From NCBI GenBank assembly GCA_963779415.1, contig CAVZYA010000002.1, forward strand, positions 640,001 to 704,000: a DNA stretch of 64,000 bases, written 5' to 3'. Below are positions 11,765 to 20,043 of the stretch, one piece after another; the stretch's first letter is position 1, and each line of letters begins with the position of its first letter. The notes below the pieces were generated by a model. The model saw only the letters and a program-made list of their open reading frames with translations. It had not been told where the DNA came from and did not search any database. The DNA is from an uncultured Acidobacteriota bacterium (GTDB lineage Bacteria; Acidobacteriota; Thermoanaerobaculia; UBA5066). A program made the translations under genes and the position numbers.

Positions 11765-12607
11765 CGGCGACAGCCCGGCGCCTGCCTTCCAGAGTTCGCG
11801 GCGCAGTCGCCAGAGACCACGGAGCTGCTGCAGCACGATGAGAGGGAGCTTCGAAACGTAGAAGATCTGTGTGGCCCCGGCCTTGCGCGCGTAATGTGAG
11901 ACAGGCACCTCTGCGATGCGGTACCCTGCCTTGTGGCAGCGGACGACGAACTCCGCCGTGAAGAACGCGAAGTGACGCACCCGCGGGGCGAGCCTCGTGA
12001 CCGCCTCGCGACGCATCAGCCGGAACCCCGTATCCATGTCGGTATACGGTACCTGAAAGAGGCAGCGCAGCAGGAGGTTGAGTCCCCGTGAGAGAAGAAT
12101 CCGGTAGTGCGGGTCCATGCGGGGACTCTTCTTCCCCAGAATGACGTCGTGGCTGGCCATCAGGGGGACGAGGCGCCAGAAGTCGATCGCGGCGAATTGG
12201 TAGTCCGAGTCGACCAGGAAGACCCAGTCGCGCTCCGCGAGTGCGACGGCATCCTTGACGGCAGCGAGGTAGCCCTTGCGTCTTTCTCCTGTGTAGATCC
12301 GGATCGGCAAGGTGCCGCCGAGCCGGGACACCACCATCTTGGTGTCGTCCGTAGAGCCATCCTCGGCGACGATCATCTCGAACGGAACCTTCCCGTTCAG
12401 TTCGTCGAAATAGTTCCTGACGGTTTGCTCGATGATCATGGCCTCGTTGAAAACCGGGAAAACCACGGAGATACCGCTCCCGATGGCTGCCGGGTCGAGG
12501 CGAGGATCGAGGGCCACGTGGCGGGCGACTGTAGCAGCGTGAAGGTCGGTGTCAAGCCGCGGAGAGGGTCGTGGGGTTGACCGCGTCACCGATCGGATAC
12601 TCTTCAT
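11717..12607 (-). CDS. GT2 family glycosyltransferase (dolichol-phosphate mannosyltransferase-like)
   Basis: ISVVFPVFNEA, EDGSTDDT, FLVDSDYQ, DMDTGFRLM, IAEVPVSH. Start uncertain. Confidence 0.85.
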   Translation of the reverse strand: MKSIRSVTRSTPRPSPRLDTDLHAATVARHVALDPRLDPAAIGSGISVVFPVFNEAMIIEQTVRNYFDELNGKVPFEMIVAEDGSTDDTKMVVSRLGGTLPIRIYTGERRKGYLAAVKDAVALAERDWVFLVDSDYQFAAIDFWRLVPLMASHDVILGKKSPRMDPHYRILLSRGLNLLLRCLFQVPYTDMDTGFRLMRREAVTRLAPRVRHFAFFTAEFVVRCHKAGYRIAEVPVSHYARKAGATQIFYVSKLPLIVLQQLRGLWRLRRELWKAGAGLSPSPDGTAPTDSTHRGN

Positions 12608-12655
12608 CCAGCACGATGGAGGCGGCCGCGTCACGCGCCCGGCGTCGAGAGTCCG

Positions 12656-13168
12656 GTGAGCGCGGCAGTCGCGGACCGAGGGAGAGGTGGTGATCCGTTG
12701 AGCGCGCGGAGGCAGACGACGCGAACGGGCGCCTCCAGGGTCACCCTGGCCGTGGTGGCAGTGCTGTTCGTCTCGATCCAGCTGGCGATCGGGGCCCGGG
12801 GCATCTGGTCGGACTTCAGGATCGCGTTCCGGGACGCCGCCCTCGACGTTTTCAGTTCGGCCTTTCGTAAGCGTCTCGACTTCGTGCAAGCGAGGAACAG
12901 AACCGCTCAGCCGCTGATCCTTTTCCTCGAGCGGCCCGACGCCTGGTACGCGGGCCTCTGGCAGCGGGCGCTCTATCCGGTTCCCGTCTTCGTGGTCGAC
13001 GAAGTGAACATTCTCCACTCGCCGAGGTATCAGGCCCTCCGGTCCGAGCGCGACATCCACCTGGCGGTCGCGGTCGGGATCCCGCCCCCGGAGGCCGGCT
13101 TTCGGCCGATCGCCCAGCTCCCTCCAGAGCCGGGCCGCCCTGAGGCCTGGTTCGGGGAGGTTCCTTGA
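12656..13168 (+). CDS. Hypothetical membrane-anchored protein
   Basis: N-terminal hydrophobic segment; stop overlaps the next start. Confidence 0.55.
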   Translation: MSAAVADRGRGGDPLSARRQTTRTGASRVTLAVVAVLFVSIQLAIGARGIWSDFRIAFRDAALDVFSSAFRKRLDFVQARNRTAQPLILFLERPDAWYAGLWQRALYPVPVFVVDEVNILHSPRYQALRSERDIHLAVAVGIPPPEAGFRPIAQLPPEPGRPEAWFGEVP

Positions 13169-14538
13169 CCTTCAGGCTCGGGGCCCTCGCCGTCGTCCTG
13201 CTCTTTGGGTGGTCGTTCGTCTCGGCGGGAGATCTCATTTTGGGTCGCCGGTCGAGGGGCTTCGTGGAGCTGAACGAAGCGTTCCTCGTGGGGCTTTCGG
13301 CGGCGGCGTTTCTGATCTTCCCGCTGACCCTTCTCATGCCGCATGGCGCCATCCCGGCGCTCGTTGTCATTCTGGTGGTGGCCGTGTTGGCTCGTGCGTT
13401 CGGCCGGGGGCTGCCAACCGAACCGGCCGGTGAGAGAAAGCCGCCGGACGCGGGACCCCTCCGGGACGACCCGGTGGCGACAGGGCTCGTTTTCTGTCTC
13501 GTTCTTCTCGCCGCACTGTTCGCCATCCTGAATCTCCGATACAGCTATCTTTGGGATGGGTTCCAGATCTGGGCTTCGAAAGCGATGGTCCTGTTCCATC
13601 AGAAGGGACTGGTCAAGACGCTCTGGCCCGAGGCCGGACAGGTTGGCCGCGTCGTCAACTACCCGAATCTCGTTCCTCTCTACGAGGCGCTCCTGGCGTT
13701 CGTCAGGCGACAGTTCGTGTTCAATGAGCTGAAGCCGGTCTTCCTGGCCTTCTTCGTCTCGCTGATCGTCGCGACATACGATCTCGCCTCGGCCTTCGTG
13801 CCGCGCCGAGCGGCGCTCCTTGCGGCGCTGCTTGCCGGCTCACTTCCCGCCCTTGCCACGAAGGAAAGCGTCGGTGGGTATGCGGACATGCCGCTCGCCT
13901 GCTACTTCGCGGCAACGGCCGCGGCCGGTGTCGATGCCGGCCGCCGATGCCGGACCGGACGATCCGCCCTTCCTTTTCTCGCGGGGGGCGCGCTCCTGGT
14001 GAAGAACGAGGGGATTCTTTTCGTCGGCGTCGGCCTCGGGATCCTGGCCGTCGATGAGGCGCTTTCCGCGCGCCGGGACCTTCTCCAGCGACTGCGGGGT
14101 GCCGCTCTCCCGGTAGCGGTGATGGGGTGCTACCTGATCGAGCGGATCCTTTACCGGCAGTGGACAAAAGCCGTCGATATGGAATTCGCAGGGTTGGATG
14201 TCCCCTCGCTCTCCCGGGCGGTCTCGAGGATCGGTCTGGTCGCGACCGAGACCGTTCGGTACGCCTCTGACTTCCAGCAGTGGGGACTTCTCTGGCCCGT
14301 GTTCGTAGCCGCGGCCGTGGTGCTGATCTCCCGGGGAGATCGTTCCGAACGCCGGATGGCGCTGGCCGTCGCAGGCACATCCGTTCTCTACGCGGCGATT
14401 TTCCTCATGACGAACTGGGACGTGCCTCTCCATGTCGAGAATGCCTTTCCGAGGCTTCTCGGTCAGATCGCGCCGATCGCGGTGGTCGTCATCGTCTCTG
14501 CCTGGAGGCGCCTCCGTTCGGGCCTGCGGATCGGATGA
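13165..14538 (+). CDS. Multi-TM membrane protein, GT-C/PMT-like glycosyltransferase
   Basis: WDGFQIWASKA, NYPNLVP, GYADMPL and VKNEG motifs with about 11 hydrophobic segments. Confidence 0.7.
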   Translation: MTFRLGALAVVLLFGWSFVSAGDLILGRRSRGFVELNEAFLVGLSAAAFLIFPLTLLMPHGAIPALVVILVVAVLARAFGRGLPTEPAGERKPPDAGPLRDDPVATGLVFCLVLLAALFAILNLRYSYLWDGFQIWASKAMVLFHQKGLVKTLWPEAGQVGRVVNYPNLVPLYEALLAFVRRQFVFNELKPVFLAFFVSLIVATYDLASAFVPRRAALLAALLAGSLPALATKESVGGYADMPLACYFAATAAAGVDAGRRCRTGRSALPFLAGGALLVKNEGILFVGVGLGILAVDEALSARRDLLQRLRGAALPVAVMGCYLIERILYRQWTKAVDMEFAGLDVPSLSRAVSRIGLVATETVRYASDFQQWGLLWPVFVAAAVVLISRGDRSERRMALAVAGTSVLYAAIFLMTNWDVPLHVENAFPRLLGQIAPIAVVVIVSAWRRLRSGLRIG

Positions 14539-14571
14539 TCTTCTTTCAGCGCGAGGGAGGCCGGGAGGCCG

Positions 14572-16946
14572 CTATGGCGTGCGGCGAGCACGGAAGGCGA
14601 GCCCGGCCATGACGAGGAGGGCGGTTGCGGAGAGGGCGGTCAGAGCGGCTCCGAGGCGAAACGACGCCGGGGCGTACCGGAAGCGGACGGTGTGCGTGCC
14701 CGGGCCGAGCGGGACCCCCCGGAAGATGTAGTCGGCCCGGAGGAGAGGGGCCGGCCGGCCGTCCACGAGCGCGGTCCAGCCGGGGTAGTGAGTCTCCGAG
14801 ACGACGAGCAGGGCGTTCGACCCGACTTCGGCATCGACGGACGTCTCGCCGGACTCGGACCGGATTCCGGTGACGCGCATCTGTCCGGGTGTGGTCGTCC
14901 CCGCCCTCTGGCCAGGCGGGGGCGGTGTCCACGACGGCCCGGACGGCCGGGTCGAAGCCGGGCTGCTCGATCCGCTCGAGGGCGGCGCGGTCGTCCGGGA
15001 TCGTTTCGACTCCCTCCGAGGGAACGAGAAAAGCTCTCGGAAGCGACCGGACGTTCTCGAAGACGGAGACGGCTCCCTCTTTCCGGATCAGCCGGAAGCG
15101 GTCGGGGCGGGAGAGGAGGCGCTCGGCGCTTCCGTTGTAGGAATTTGCGACGAGATACTTGACGTTCATCAGGTCGAGGGACCGGTTGTTCGCCGAGATG
15201 ATCTGCTCGGATCTGAGGATTGGGCGAGAGGGATCCTCCGCGGCGTTCCGGTCAGCGGGGAGAGGAATTCCGACGTCCGCCTCAGGACGTAGAAAGAGCC
15301 CGTAGGAGCCTCGAATCCGAACGCGGTCTCGTCGCTTGGCGGCGCCGTCCCGTCCACGACGGCGATTCGATGGACCGAAGAGTCGGTCTCGCGGAGAAAA
15401 CGGTAGAGGGAGGGCTCGGGGAAGACGGCCTGCCGCGGGAAGAACGGAACGTTCCCGTACGCAAAGGGGATGAGGTCGAAAAGGACGATCAGGGACGCGC
15501 TGACGCCGAGGGCCCGCTCACGGCCCGGCGGACCGAGGAGAGCCCACGCGAGCCAGCCAGATGAGATGACGGCGAAGACCAGCGACGAGACGAGGCCGCA
15601 CGGCCCGGCGAGGATGGGAGGTTTCCCGGCGAAATGGAAGACAAGGGTGACGGTGGCCGCGATCAGAAGAAGCGCAGGGACAAATAGGGCGAGCCGTCGG
15701 ACCCTTTGCCTCACCAGCTGGTCGGTTGTCTTCTGGAGAGCGGTCAGCCCGAGACCCGCGAGGATGGCGATCGCGAAGTCGACGAGGAGGATGAGGCGAA
15801 AGGGATGCAGGGACCTGATGACGGGGATCGCGTGGTAGACCCAGAGAGCAGGAGGGAACCCGAAGGCGGTCAGGAAGGCCACGAGGAAAAGGCCGACGAA
15901 AAAAAGCGCTTCGCGCCGCCGGTTTCCCGTGAGAGCCAGCGGGACGAGGAGCAGAGGAAGGAGGCCCGCATATCCCGAGTGCTCCGGAATGAAAACCCCG
16001 ACCGGGCTCGGGTTCGTCGTGGCGTCGCGGGAGAGGAACATGACCAATTGCCGAAGTGGGATGCCGCCCCAAGGCGCGCAGTCTGTCTGACGCGAAAGCC
16101 GCGGAACCCACTCGAGAAACGGAACGATGTGAACGGCGGCGAGCCCGAGGGCGAGGAGCCCGGCAGCGGAGAGGGCGAGGAGGAAACGGGACCGCCCTCC
16201 CGGAGCCGCCCCTTCCGGCATGGGTGAAACCAGCCGGAACACGGCCCAGGCCGCGGTCGCCGCGAGAACGTAGACCGCGATCTCGGCGTGGCCGGCCAGG
16301 ATCGGAAGGGGAAACGCGAGGGCGGCAAGGACGATCCGGAGAAGAGTCGGGCGAGTTCTGATGGCCTCGACGGCCAGGAAGCAGAGGGGAAGGTAGATCG
16401 CGGTGTCGGACTGACACCACCCTTGCCACGAGACCAGGAACCCCGAAAGGGAAAAGACGGCCCCGGAAACGACCGCGCCCCCCGTCGAAGCGCCGAGCCG
16501 ACGGGCGAGGAGGGCTGCGAGGAGGAAAGCGACGAACATCCGGAAGGGGAACGCCACGGCCCAGAGGGTCTTCAGCGGAAGGAGGGTGCCGAGGAGGAAG
16601 GGCGGGTAGAAGACTGCCGAATCCGAATCCGCCGCGAGAGGCACTCCTGCAAAGGCGCGGGGATTCCAGAGAGGGAGATGGCCGGAGCGGAAGATCTCGT
16701 GGACGAGCTTTCTGGTCGGGTACTTGTCGACGACGAGATCCCCCATCTCGGCGTGCCGAAGGTGAAGGGCGGGGCCGGCACGCCAGGAATCCCAGAGAGG
16801 GAAGTTCGTCACGACCTCGGCCGGCAGGGGAATCCGGCCGAAGAGAAGCGGCCAGAAGAGGAGAAGCGCGGCGAATCCGGCGGCGAGACAAAGGATCCAG
16901 GGTGCGGTCTGGATCGGAAGCCCGTCCGGACAGGTTCCTCCGTCAT
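14572..16946 (-). CDS. YfhO-family membrane glycosyltransferase, tandem copy 1 (frameshifts ~16915, ~15222, ~14900)
   Basis: Near-identical to 16943-19339. Its ATG overlaps the TGA of copy 2. Motifs GHLPLWNP, MNVKYLV, LPRAF, HYPGWTALVDG. Confidence 0.8.
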
Positions 16947-19338
16947 GGCCGGATACGGTCCCGGTGGGCGCCGCCCGCGCGGAAGGCAAGCCCCACCATG
17001 ACGAGGAGGGCGGTTGCGGAGAGGGCGGTCAGAGCGGCTCCGAGGCGAAACGACGCCGGGGCGTACCGGAAGCGGACGGTGTGCGTGCCCGGGCCGAGCG
17101 GGACCCCCCGGAAAATGTAGTCGGCCCGGAGGAGAGGGGCCGGCCGGCCGTCCACGAGCGCCGTCCAGCCGGGGTAGTGAGTCTCCGAGACGACGAGCAG
17201 GGCGTTCGACCCGACTTCGGCATCGACGGACGTCTCGCCGGACTCGGACCGGATTCCGGTGACGCGCATCTGTCCGGGTGTGGTCGTCCCGCCCTCTGGC
17301 CAGGCGGGGGCGGTGTCCACGACGGCCCGGACGGCCGGGTCGAAGCCGGGCTGCTCGATCCGCTCGAGGGCGGCGCGGTCGTCCGGGATCACCTCGACTC
17401 CCTCCGAGGGAACGAGAAAAGCTCTCGGAAGCGACCGGACGTTCTCGAAGACGGAGACGGCTCCCTCTTTCCGGATCAGCCGGAAGCGGTCGGGGCGGGA
17501 GAGGAGGCGCTCGGCGCTTCCGTTGTAGGAATTTGCGACGAGATACTTGACGTTCATCAGGTCGAGGGACCGGCTCTGGACCGAAATGAGCCGCTCGGAC
17601 TTGAGATAGGGGCTCAGGGCGGACCGCCGTGGAGCGCCGGTCAGCGGCGACAGGAACTCCGATGTCCGCCTCAGGGCGTAGAAGGAGCCAGTCGGGGCCT
17701 CGAATCCGTACGCCGTCTCGTTCCCGGGCGGCACCGTCGCGTCCACGGAGGCGACCCTGTGGGCCGACGAGTCGGTCTCGCGCAGGAAGCGATAGAGGGA
17801 CGGTTCGGGAAAGACGGCTTCCCGCGGGAAGAACGGGACGTTCCCGTATGCGAAGGGGATGAGGTCGAAAAGGACGATCAGGGAAGCGCTGACGCCGAGG
17901 GCCCGCTCACGGCCCGGCGGACCAAGGAGAGCCCAAGCAAGCCAGCAAGCCGAGAGGAGGGCGAAGACCAGCGACGAGACGAGGCCGCACGGTCCGGCGA
18001 GGATGGGAGGTTTCCCGGCGAAATGGAAGACAAGGGTGACGGTGGCGGCGATCAGAAGAAGCGCAGGGACAAATAGGGCGAGCCGTCGGACCCTTTGCCT
18101 CACGGGTCGGTCGGTTGTTCTCTGGAGAGCGGTCAACCCGAGACCCGCGAGGATGGCGATCGCGAAGTCGACGAGAAAGATGAGGCGAAATGGATGCAGG
18201 GACCTGATGACGGGGATCGCGTGGTAGACCCAGAGAGCAGGAGGGAACCCGAAGGCGGTCAGGAAGGCCACGAGGAAAAGGCCGACGAAAAAAAGCGCTT
18301 CGCGCCGCCGGTTTCCCGTGAGGGCCAGCGGGACGAGGAGCAGAGGAAGGAGGCCCGCATATCCCGAGTGCTCCGGAATGAAAACCCCGACCGGGCTCGG
18401 GTTCGTCGTGGCGTCGCGGGAGAGGAACGTGACCGCTTCCCGAAGTGGAATGCCGCCCCAGAACGCACCGTCTGTCCGACGCGCGAGCCGCGGAACCCAC
18501 TCGAGAAACGGAACGATGTGAACGGCGGCGAGCCCGAGGGCGAGGAGTCCGGCAGCCGAAAGGGCGAGGAGGAAACGGGACCGCCCTCCCGGGACCGCCC
18601 CTTCCGGCATGGGTGAAGCCAGCCGGAACACGGCCCAGGCCGCGGTCGCCGCGAGGACGTAGACCGCGATCTCGGCGTGGCCGGCCAGGATCGGAAGGGG
18701 AAACGCGAGGGCGGCGAGGACGATCCGGAGAAGAGTCGGGCGGGTCCTGATGGCCTCGACGGCCAGGAAGCAGAGGGGAAGCCAGATCGCGGTGTCGGAC
18801 TGACACCACCCTTGCCACGAGACCAGGAACCCCGAAAGAGAGAAGACGGTCCCGGAAACGACCGCGCCCCCCGTCGAAGCGCCGAGCCGACGGGCGAGAA
18901 GGGCTGCGAGGAGGAAAGCGACGAACATCCGGAAGGGGAACGCCACGGCCCAGAGGGTCTTCAGCGGAAAGAGGGTGCCGAGGAGGAAGGGCGGGTAGAA
19001 GACTGCCGACGCCGAATCCGCCGCGAGAGGCACTCCTGCGAAGGCGCCGGGATTCCAGAGAGGGAGATGGCCGGAACGGAAGATCTCGTGGACGAGCTTT
19101 CTGACCGGGTACTCGAAGACGACGAGATCTCCCATCTCGGCGTGCCGAAGGTGAAGGGCGGGACCGGCACGCCAGGAATCCCAGAGAGGGAAGTTCGTCA
19201 GGACCTCGGCCGGCAGGGGAATCCAGCTGAAGAGAAGCGGCCAGAAGAGGAGAAGCGCGGCGAATCCGGCGACGAGACAGAAGATCCAGGTGCTGCCCGT
19301 CTGGATCCGGAAGCCCGTCCGGACAGGTTCCTCCGTCA
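14583..19338. repeat. Tandem direct duplication, unit ~2.39 kb
   Basis: ~14583-16945 aligns with ~16972-19338 with long identical stretches. Confidence 0.9.
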
Positions 19339-19339
19339 C
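16943..19339 (-). CDS. YfhO-family membrane glycosyltransferase, tandem copy 2 (intact)
   Basis: GTG start overlaps the stop of the upstream lipoprotein. Motifs GHLPLWNPGAFAGVP, SLDLMNVKY, YPGWTALVDG..ADYIFRGVPLGPGTHTVRFRY. Confidence 0.85.
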   Translation of the reverse strand: MTEEPVRTGFRIQTGSTWIFCLVAGFAALLLFWPLLFSWIPLPAEVLTNFPLWDSWRAGPALHLRHAEMGDLVVFEYPVRKLVHEIFRSGHLPLWNPGAFAGVPLAADSASAVFYPPFLLGTLFPLKTLWAVAFPFRMFVAFLLAALLARRLGASTGGAVVSGTVFSLSGFLVSWQGWCQSDTAIWLPLCFLAVEAIRTRPTLLRIVLAALAFPLPILAGHAEIAVYVLAATAAWAVFRLASPMPEGAVPGGRSRFLLALSAAGLLALGLAAVHIVPFLEWVPRLARRTDGAFWGGIPLREAVTFLSRDATTNPSPVGVFIPEHSGYAGLLPLLLVPLALTGNRRREALFFVGLFLVAFLTAFGFPPALWVYHAIPVIRSLHPFRLIFLVDFAIAILAGLGLTALQRTTDRPVRQRVRRLALFVPALLLIAATVTLVFHFAGKPPILAGPCGLVSSLVFALLSACWLAWALLGPPGRERALGVSASLIVLFDLIPFAYGNVPFFPREAVFPEPSLYRFLRETDSSAHRVASVDATVPPGNETAYGFEAPTGSFYALRRTSEFLSPLTGAPRRSALSPYLKSERLISVQSRSLDLMNVKYLVANSYNGSAERLLSRPDRFRLIRKEGAVSVFENVRSLPRAFLVPSEGVEVIPDDRAALERIEQPGFDPAVRAVVDTAPAWPEGGTTTPGQMRVTGIRSESGETSVDAEVGSNALLVVSETHYPGWTALVDGRPAPLLRADYIFRGVPLGPGTHTVRFRYAPASFRLGAALTALSATALLVMVGLAFRAGGAHRDRIRP

Positions 19340-20043
19340 GGCTGGATGACGAAGAAGGTGGGGGCCGAGAGCCCGCTCCTGGACTCCGCGTCCTTGACGA
19401 CGACCTTGACCCTTCTGGGCTTGGCGACGAGTTCCGGGGGGACGAAAGCAACGATGGCCACGGGGCTCTGGAAGATGGTCTTCAGCTCGACTCCGTCGAA
19501 GACGACGACCGACTTCGGGTCGAATCCGGACCCGGCCACACCCAGCGTCCATCGGCCGTCGGGCTGGACGCCGAACGGGATTCCGGCCTTGGCGCCGGGG
19601 GGAAAGAGATCCTTGATGACCGCCACCTCTCCAGCAGCCTTGGGAGGGAGAATCCGGAAGACCACGCTGGCGGACGTCCGGTCGGGATTCCGGTCGCGGA
19701 CCGTGACGGGGATGGAACCGGCGGCGGCGACGAGATCGTTCGGAACGATGGCGGCCACCGCCTTCGGGCTCTGATAGTTCGTCCGGAGCGCCCGGTCGCC
19801 GAAATAGACCTGCGACGAGTGGGTGAACCCGGTCCCGGCGACACCGAGGGATGACGAGCCGTCCTCGATCGCCTGGAACGGGACGCCGGCGGTGGCGATC
19901 GGAGGGAACAGCTCGCGAATCTCGGGTGCAGCAACGGAGGCGGCGGCCTGCGACCCCTTCGGCTCGGCGGGAGCGATCCTGTCGTCCTTGCCGCAAGCGG
20001 TCAGGAGCAGGGGGAAGACGAACAGGAAGATACGACTCTTCAT
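19336..20043 (-). CDS. Lipoprotein with two IPT/TIG-like repeats
   Basis: Lipobox LLLTAC. Two internal repeats 'LFPP.A.AG.PF....DG...LGVAG.GF...S.V.F....L.T.(Y/F)QSP.A..A.VP..LVA'. Confidence 0.75.
   Translation of the reverse strand: MKSRIFLFVFPLLLTACGKDDRIAPAEPKGSQAAASVAAPEIRELFPPIATAGVPFQAIEDGSSSLGVAGTGFTHSSQVYFGDRALRTNYQSPKAVAAIVPNDLVAAAGSIPVTVRDRNPDRTSASVVFRILPPKAAGEVAVIKDLFPPGAKAGIPFGVQPDGRWTLGVAGSGFDPKSVVVFDGVELKTIFQSPVAIVAFVPPELVAKPRRVKVVVKDAESRSGLSAPTFFVIQP

Noticed and set aside
1891-16946. Calling the frameshifted genes pseudogenes or programmed frameshifts
   Set aside because: I saw no in-frame nonsense decay or slippery heptamers. Single-base indels fit sequencing or consensus error better, so they are kept as CDS.
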